Below, piece after piece: positions 48,146 through 55,502 of a DNA stretch of 55,502 nt. Each line of letters begins with the position of its first letter. Position 1 is the stretch's first letter. The stretch is from an uncultured Methylococcaceae bacterium (lineage in GTDB: Bacteria > Pseudomonadota > Gammaproteobacteria > Methylococcales > Methylomonadaceae): positions 1 through 55,502 of the forward strand of contig CAIUYS010000695.1 of assembly GCA_903903365.1 (NCBI GenBank), read 5' to 3'. The notes beneath the pieces are model-generated. The model had not been told where the DNA came from and did no database searches. It was given only the letters and a program-made list of their open reading frames with translations. Both the position numbers and the translations under genes were made by a program.

Positions 48146-51100
48146 TTAGAATTTACCGTAATAGCCTTCTTTTAGGGCATCAAATAAATTTGCGGCACTG
48201 TGCATTTCGCCATCATATTCAACTTCTTCATTACCTTTTAGTTCTATCACTTCACCGTCTTCCAAGGTGAATTGATAGGTGGTGTTTTCCAGATCAGATT
48301 CCTTAACCAATACGCCCTGGAATACTTCAGGATTAAAGCGGAAGGTAGTGCAGCCTTTCAGGCCTTTGTCGTAAGCATATTCGTAAATAGACTTAAACTC
48401 TTCGTAAGGAAAGTCAGTGGGCACGTTAGCGGTTTTGGAGATGGAAGAGTCTATCCATTTTTGCGCGGCGGCCTGAATATCAACGTGTTGTTTGGGCGTC
48501 ACGTCATCAGCTGCGATAAAGTAATCCGGTAGTTTTTGCTCGGGATCGTCACTGTAAGGCATGGCATTGGCATTGATCATTTCACGATAAGCCAACAGCT
48601 CAAAAGAAAACACATCAATTTTTTCTTTGGATTTTTTACCCGCACGGATTACGTTGCGTGAGTAATGATGCGCAAAACTGGGTTCTATGCCGTTGCTGGC
48701 GTTATTGGCCAAGGAGAGGGAAATGGTTCCGGTCGGTGCAATGGAACTATGATGGGTAAAGCGGGCGCCGGTTTCAGTGAGTGCAACAATCAGTTCAGGT
48801 TCTTCTTTAGCCAGTTGTTGCATATAGCGGCTGTATTTTGCGTGTAATAGTTTACCGGCAATTTCATCGCCCACTTTATAACCATCGGCAATCATTTCAG
48901 GGCGCTTGTGCAACATTTCACCCGTGACAGTAAACAACTGTTCCATAATGGGCGCGGGGCCTTTTTCTTTTGCCAGTGACAAGCCTGCTTTCCAACCTTC
49001 TACGGCTAAAATCTTGGTAACTTCTTCAGTAAAATGCAAGGAAGGCGCGTCACCGTATTTCATGCCCAGCATGGTAACCGTTGAGCCCAAGCCCAGATAG
49101 CCCATGCCGTGACGACGCTTGCCAATAATTTCCTCACGTTGTTGGGGCAAGGGCAGGCCATTGATTTCGACTACGTTATCCAGCATCCGTGTAAAAATCC
49201 GGATGGCTTTGCGGTAAGTATCCCAATCAAAATACGCGTCTTGAGTAAAAGGTTTTTTAACAAAACGGGTCAGGTTGATGGAGCCCAACAGGCAAGAACC
49301 GTAAGGCGGCAACGGCTGCTCACCACAGTTATGTGCGTGTAAGCCATTGGCATCAAAGGTGTTTATGCCGGGAACTTGTATGTCAAACACATCTTCGCAA
49401 CCATCAGGCGTGATCGATTCAATCGTGGCGGTAAAGCGATCTTTGTTTAATGAACGACGGTAGTTTTTTAAAGCAAATTCAAGTTGAGCGGCTTTGTTGC
49501 AATCGGTAAAGTTGATGGCTTCTTGGTATACGGCAAGATTATCGCCACTGATAACCAGTTCATGTTGGGGAGAAATTTTATAATCAGCGACACCGCCTTT
49601 ACCATTAGGCAATTTGGTTATGCCGGCCGGACGACGATTACGATAGAGGGTCGAGTTAATGCCGAGTCGAAGCAACATACGTTGCACAGCTTCCAGGCGG
49701 GGAAGGTCTGATTGAGCCAGGCGAACACTGACGCCCTTGCTTTGACTGCCTTGAACAGAGCCGTCTGCGTCAAAAAATCCTTGTAAAAAACCTCGGTAAA
49801 ATTCACTGGATGCGGTTTCGAGTTGTGCGCTGATACATTTGTTTCCAGGGGACATACCCAGCTCTTCAGCCAGCGTTTTTAGCCCGGAAAAACTGAGCCT
49901 GTGTTCGTTTCTTCCGGCTATTTCAGACCAGCCTTTAAAGTCACTGCGGGTAGTAAACTCGGCAGTGGCAGTCATGACTTTATCCATAATGGCATCAACA
50001 CCGGCATTTAAGGTATTGATGTCGCTATTCATCACTTGCGCACTTTTCCAGACAGACAGTACCGCTTTGTCTTCTTTTAACGTGCCGTCTCCGATTAACA
50101 AGCCGATTAAATAGCCTTGGTTCTCGGTGTATTGTCCTGTCCAGTGCGCTTGTTGACGGTGATTATTCAGTAAAACCTGGTCACCTGCATGGAGTTGACC
50201 CGCAGCACACCATTCTGTTTCTAGGTTGTAACGATCCAGGCGAGTTATTTTGCGCACCTGATGATCTTCCGTCAGACGCAGGTTGAAACCTTCTTTGGTT
50301 ATTAATTTAACCACGTCTTTGGTTGCTGTTTTGAAGAAGCCCTCAGCACCGGATTGATGTAACTGACCATCGACCATTACCTTGATTTGTTGGCCTAAGA
50401 GGTCGTTAACATGCCTGGGTCCATGCTCTGTTTGAACCCAGGTGTCGCCTGTTACGCAGGGATTCGTAGCGCGAATTTTTTCGCAAAACCAGTTGTTATT
50501 CATCTCGTTAACTTTGTCGATCAGAATAAATCCGGGTTCGGCATAATCGTAAGTAGAACTCATAATGATGTCCCACAACCGGCGTGCCGGGATGGTTTTG
50601 CTTATTTTACAAGCGATCAGTCCATCACTATTTACGACATAGTCGTTTTTGGCGGGTAACTCACGCCAGATAATGAGGTTGCTATCTTTCAAGTTCAGCT
50701 TGTCGAGTTGGACTTCTTTTTCCGTTACTGGAAATGATAGAGGCCATGGCAGGTCATTTTTTACCGCCTGCATAAATTCAGTGGTAATTAACAGTGATAG
50801 ATTAAATTGGCGTAAGCGGCCATTTTCACGTTTGGCGCGAATAAATTCCACGACATCGGGGTGACCCACATCAAAAGTAGCCATTTGTGCGCCACGTCTT
50901 CCACCGGCCGACGAGACGGTAAAACACATCTTGTCATAAATATCCATAAACGATAACGGTCCGGAGGTGTAAGCGCCGGCACCAGATACATAAGCGTCCT
51001 TAGGACGCAGGGTTGAAAATTCGTAACCAATGCCGCAACCCGCTTTTAACGTCAGTCCCGCTTCATGCACTTTGCCCAGAATGTCATCCATGGAATCAGC

Positions 51101-51427
51101 GATAGTGCCGGATACGGTGCAGTTAATGGTTGATGTCGCCGGTTTATGTGCCAAGGCGCCGGCATTGGAAATAATGCGTCCTGCGGGGATAACACCTTGA
51201 CGCAATGCCCAGAGAAATTCTTTGTAATACTGTTCCTGTTTATTTGTGCCCTTTTCCACGTCAGAAAGCGCTTTGGCAACCCGTTGATAGGTTTCATCAA
51301 TGGAGCCATCAAGCGCTATGCCATCCTTACTTTTTAAGCGATATTTGGTGTCCCAAATGTCCATTGAAGCGTCTTGAAAAGGGATTTCCGTGACGGTGTT
51401 GGCGATAACATGAAGTTGTGCTGGCAT
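48146..51427 (-). CDS. nrdJa: Adenosylcobalamin-dependent ribonucleoside-diphosphate reductase NrdJa (intein-containing)
   Basis: PAGRIISNAG, INCTVS, GCGIGYEFS, GGRRGAQM, RATNP[intein]CGEQPLPPYGSCLLGSINL, IAPTGTIS, DSSISKT, GLKGCTTFR; start re-called at 51427. Confidence 0.95.
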   Translation of the reverse strand: MPAQLHVIANTVTEIPFQDASMDIWDTKYRLKSKDGIALDGSIDETYQRVAKALSDVEKGTNKQEQYYKEFLWALRQGVIPAGRIISNAGALAHKPATSTINCTVSGTIADSMDDILGKVHEAGLTLKAGCGIGYEFSTLRPKDAYVSGAGAYTSGPLSFMDIYDKMCFTVSSAGGRRGAQMATFDVGHPDVVEFIRAKRENGRLRQFNLSLLITTEFMQAVKNDLPWPLSFPVTEKEVQLDKLNLKDSNLIIWRELPAKNDYVVNSDGLIACKISKTIPARRLWDIIMSSTYDYAEPGFILIDKVNEMNNNWFCEKIRATNPCVTGDTWVQTEHGPRHVNDLLGQQIKVMVDGQLHQSGAEGFFKTATKDVVKLITKEGFNLRLTEDHQVRKITRLDRYNLETEWCAAGQLHAGDQVLLNNHRQQAHWTGQYTENQGYLIGLLIGDGTLKEDKAVLSVWKSAQVMNSDINTLNAGVDAIMDKVMTATAEFTTRSDFKGWSEIAGRNEHRLSFSGLKTLAEELGMSPGNKCISAQLETASSEFYRGFLQGFFDADGSVQGSQSKGVSVRLAQSDLPRLEAVQRMLLRLGINSTLYRNRRPAGITKLPNGKGGVADYKISPQHELVISGDNLAVYQEAINFTDCNKAAQLEFALKNYRRSLNKDRFTATIESITPDGCEDVFDIQVPGINTFDANGLHAHNCGEQPLPPYGSCLLGSINLTRFVKKPFTQDAYFDWDTYRKAIRIFTRMLDNVVEINGLPLPQQREEIIGKRRHGMGYLGLGSTVTMLGMKYGDAPSLHFTEEVTKILAVEGWKAGLSLAKEKGPAPIMEQLFTVTGEMLHKRPEMIADGYKVGDEIAGKLLHAKYSRYMQQLAKEEPELIVALTETGARFTHHSSIAPTGTISLSLANNASNGIEPSFAHHYSRNVIRAGKKSKEKIDVFSFELLAYREMINANAMPYSDDPEQKLPDYFIAADDVTPKQHVDIQAAAQKWIDSSISKTANVPTDFPYEEFKSIYEYAYDKGLKGCTTFRFNPEVFQGVLVKESDLENTTYQFTLEDGEVIELKGNEEVEYDGEMHSAANLFDALKEGYYGKF
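49328..50458 (-). mobile_element. 377-aa intein with LAGLIDADG homing endonuclease in nrdJa
   Basis: Begins CVTGDT, block B LRLTEDH, LIGLLIGDG and FLQGFFDADG motifs, ends VFDIQV...ANGLHAHN followed by extein Cys (NP|CGE). Confidence 0.95.
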
Positions 51428-51513
51428 GGGGTTATATCCCTGATTTAGTGTGTGGATTAAGTGAAAATAAACCATAAATCAGCACCTTAGGGTTTGCATG
51501 ACTCAGGTTTTAA

Positions 51514-51560
51514 TGTCTATATGTAGATGGTTTTTAATTTATGGGCACAATATATAGTGT
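51514..51560 (-). promoter_or_regulatory. Tandem NrdR boxes upstream of nrdJa
   Basis: ACACTATATATTGTGC (51560-51545) matches the acaCwAtATaTwGtg consensus; weaker CATCTACATATAGACA (51529-51514), offset 31 bp. Confidence 0.85.
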
Positions 51561-51736
51561 TTTTAGGAAAAAACAATCATTTTTTCTGGCAAAAAAAAAC
51601 AGCTAAAAAAAGTTTTTACAGGTGCTTGTTTTTTAAGGTATGGGATTTTCTGTCGGGGATTTTGGTACTAAAAAAATTGCATTTTTGGTTATATTTTGAT
51701 GCCTTGATTGCGGCCGATAAGTTTTAAGAAATTATC

Positions 51737-51967
51737 ACCACGAAGACACGAAGTTTTTTGTACCCATTCATTCAGCCGTTAAAAAATAGAACACGGATAA
51801 CACGGATTTGACTGATAGACGCGGATAAGGAAAGTTTCTCAGTCTGATAATTATATTGAGCAGGTCTTTCTTCGATAAAATAAAATCCGTTGAAATCCGT
51901 ATAATCAGTGTCATCCGTGTTCTATTATCGAAGCCAATATCTACGATTTTCTTTGTGTCTTCGTAGT
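51737..51967. repeat. Nested inverted-repeat (MITE-like) elements
   Basis: Outer ACCACGAAGACACGAAG / CTTTGTGTCTTCGTAGT; inner AATAGAACACGGAT (51785-51798) / ATCCGTGTTCTATT (51913-51926) with repeated CGGAT/ATCCG words. Confidence 0.75.
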
Positions 51968-51982
51968 AAAAAATAGTTATGG

Positions 51983-53737
51983 TTAATCAACCAGCATATC
52001 GCCACTTTGGTGTTGCCACATGGCGTAGTATTTGCCTTTTTTGGCGAGCAGTTGTAGATGCGTGCCTTGTTCGATGATTCGGCCTTTTTCCAGAACAATA
52101 ATGCGATCCATCTTTAAGATAGTGGAAAGTCGATGAGCGATAACAATGGCGGTTTTATTTTTTATCAGGTCAAAAATAGCGACCTGTATTTGTTTTTCAG
52201 TCAACGAGTCCAGCGCACTGGTGGCTTCATCCAGCACGACAATAGGCGCATCTTCCAGAAAAGCGCGGGCAATGGCAATACGCTGCCGTTCACCGCCAGA
52301 CAGTTTAACGCCCCGTTCGCCCACCAAGGTATCAAATTGGTCGGGTAAGGCTTGGATAAATTCAAGGCTGCGGGATTTTTGGGCAACCGCAATAAGCTGT
52401 TCTTCTGAAATATTGGCACCCAGCGTAATGTTGTCACGTATTGAACGGTGAAATAAATCGGGCTGTTGAGGCACCATAGATATTTGTTCACGCAGGGCAT
52501 GTAAGGTAAACGATTTTGCGTCAAGTCCGTCAAAAGTAAGCGTGCCTTGTTGGGGATCAAGAAAGCGAAACAGCAATTTGGTTAAGGTTGATTTACCGGA
52601 ACCGGATTGACCGACCAGCGCTATTTTTTCACCGGCTTTTAGATCCAAAGAGAAATTATCAAATAAACGGGTTTGCCTAAGATTGGCAGGGTTATAGCTA
52701 AAGCAGAGTTTGTTAAAGCTAATGGCACCTTGGCTGATAGTGTGTGCTTGTGCTTGAGCGGTGTCTTTTTCAATATCTTCTTGTCTGAAAACTTCGGCCA
52801 TTTCCGAAGCGTCTGCCAACGCGGTAAAAAAAGTTCTAAAATTACGGCCAAACTCCCATAAACGCTGGATAAGAATAAGCATAATCGACTGGAACAAAAC
52901 AAACTCGCCGACCTGAAAAATGCCGGTTGTCCATTTTTGGATCATTAAGTAAACCAACAGCAATTCAATGCCAAAAGTCATTAAGCCTTGGACGGCAAAA
53001 GAAATAAAAGTAAACAACCAGGCGATTTTCTTTTTCTTGTAGACAAGATCCGAGGCCTTGTTGATACGTGCTTGCTCACGGGTTTCCATGGCAAAGCTTT
53101 TGACAATAAAGATGTTGCTGATGGCATCGGAATACACGCCGCCAACCAGCGAATCAGCTTCAGCGACGGCTTGATCGAAACGCATTTTCCAGAGCGAATA
53201 GGAGATATTCCAGGTGATAAAAAGGCCAACCCACGCCAGAAAGTAAAAAGCGAATTCTTGTTGCTGCTGGTAAAAGATGGTGAATGAAATGACTATCGCT
53301 AAAATATTCATGAAGAACTGAAATAAAAACCAGTCCATAATCGTTTCAAAAGAACGTGAAAAGCGGTTGGCTTGTTTGATTAAGCTGCCTGAAAAACTAT
53401 TCTCGAAAAAAGCATATTTTTGTTTTTTAAGAACATCAAAACAGCGTTTTTCAAGTAAATTAATACCGCCGCCATCAAGCGGAATAATAGCGATTTCAAG
53501 CAGTCGCCATGACACCCAGACACCGGCATAGATACAGGCAATGACTTTTAAATTTTCCAGCAATAGCGCCAACGTTGCCTCGGAATAAGGTGCAGCCAGT
53601 CCGTTGGCTATATTTTTATAATAAATGGGGGCTGATAAATCCAGCGTGATGCAACAGGCCAAGGCAAATAAAGCCATAAAAAAATAGCCTTTTTTTTGCC
53701 AGACAACTTTGCAGTATTCTTTAAATATAATGTCCAT
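51983..53737 (-). CDS. ABC transporter, fused permease/ATP-binding (exporter half-transporter)
   Basis: N-terminal TM helices, GQSGSGKST, LSGGERQRIAIAR, VVLDEATSALD, IAHRLST; start re-called at ATG 53737. Confidence 0.93.
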   Translation of the reverse strand: MDIIFKEYCKVVWQKKGYFFMALFALACCITLDLSAPIYYKNIANGLAAPYSEATLALLLENLKVIACIYAGVWVSWRLLEIAIIPLDGGGINLLEKRCFDVLKKQKYAFFENSFSGSLIKQANRFSRSFETIMDWFLFQFFMNILAIVISFTIFYQQQQEFAFYFLAWVGLFITWNISYSLWKMRFDQAVAEADSLVGGVYSDAISNIFIVKSFAMETREQARINKASDLVYKKKKIAWLFTFISFAVQGLMTFGIELLLVYLMIQKWTTGIFQVGEFVLFQSIMLILIQRLWEFGRNFRTFFTALADASEMAEVFRQEDIEKDTAQAQAHTISQGAISFNKLCFSYNPANLRQTRLFDNFSLDLKAGEKIALVGQSGSGKSTLTKLLFRFLDPQQGTLTFDGLDAKSFTLHALREQISMVPQQPDLFHRSIRDNITLGANISEEQLIAVAQKSRSLEFIQALPDQFDTLVGERGVKLSGGERQRIAIARAFLEDAPIVVLDEATSALDSLTEKQIQVAIFDLIKNKTAIVIAHRLSTILKMDRIIVLEKGRIIEQGTHLQLLAKKGKYYAMWQHQSGDMLVD

Positions 53738-53891
53738 TATTGTCGTTGCTTGATCTTGTGATGGGTCTGTTTTAGGATAAAAGGCATGAAATATTTCGTG
53801 GTATTGGATCAATACTCAGTATACAGTAGATAGACTGCAATTAATTTTAGCAAAGCCTGTTTATATCATCGTTAAACTATTATTTTTGTAA

Positions 53892-55300
<1,409 letters not shown>

Positions 55301-55301
<1 letters not shown>

Positions 55302-55502
55302 TGAACTCCTTCGTATTAAACCTGTTTGACGCAACGCATGAGCAGCGCATTACCGGTGTGACTTCTTTTGTCGGTGAAGATAGCACGGGCAGTTTTGGAA
55401 TCCAGTCTAATCATGCCCGCTTTATGACCACACTGATTTTTGGCTTGGCGCGTTTTAGTTTGGGAACAGAGCATTGGCACTATTTGGCGCTGCCCGGAGC
55501 GG
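55301..55502 (+). CDS. atpC: F1 ATP synthase epsilon subunit (partial, runs off the window)
   Basis: TAATG overlap with atpD; MNSFVLNLFDA...SFVGEDSTGSFGIQSNHARFMT...YLALPGA. Confidence 0.8.

Overview
Bacterial genomic window, probably gammaproteobacterial. A Methylococcales-like host is only an inference from gene style and content. The main feature is a ~37 kb minus-strand operon (42856->5485) encoding an extracellular contractile injection system (eCIS; Afp/PVC/MAC superfamily). Gene order: DUF4255 cap, accessory protein, sheath, tube, divergent second sheath, second tube, tube initiator, 55-aa Afp6-like protein, split gp27/gp5 spike, a membrane-anchored unknown, gp25, baseplate J, P2 gpI-like wedge, three paralogous fibre/crown-like proteins, tape-measure-like protein, AAA+ ATPase, HEAT-like unknown, a 3083-aa multidomain toxin candidate and an AT-rich candidate immunity gene. 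No capsid, terminase, lysis, PAAR or T6SS membrane-complex genes are visible. A NarL-type regulator is transcribed divergently and a hybrid histidine kinase converges on it. The island lies among defence and mobile remnants: DUF559 with palindromes, type III restriction Res, a MITE, an IS pseudogene, a truncated hsdM and a doubly frameshifted MazEF-like pair. The right end carries split class II ribonucleotide reductase (nrdJa with a LAGLIDADG intein, nrdJb, tandem NrdR boxes), an ABC half-transporter and the start of an atpD-atpC (N-ATPase-type) operon. All family calls come from motif recognition by eye; no searches were run.
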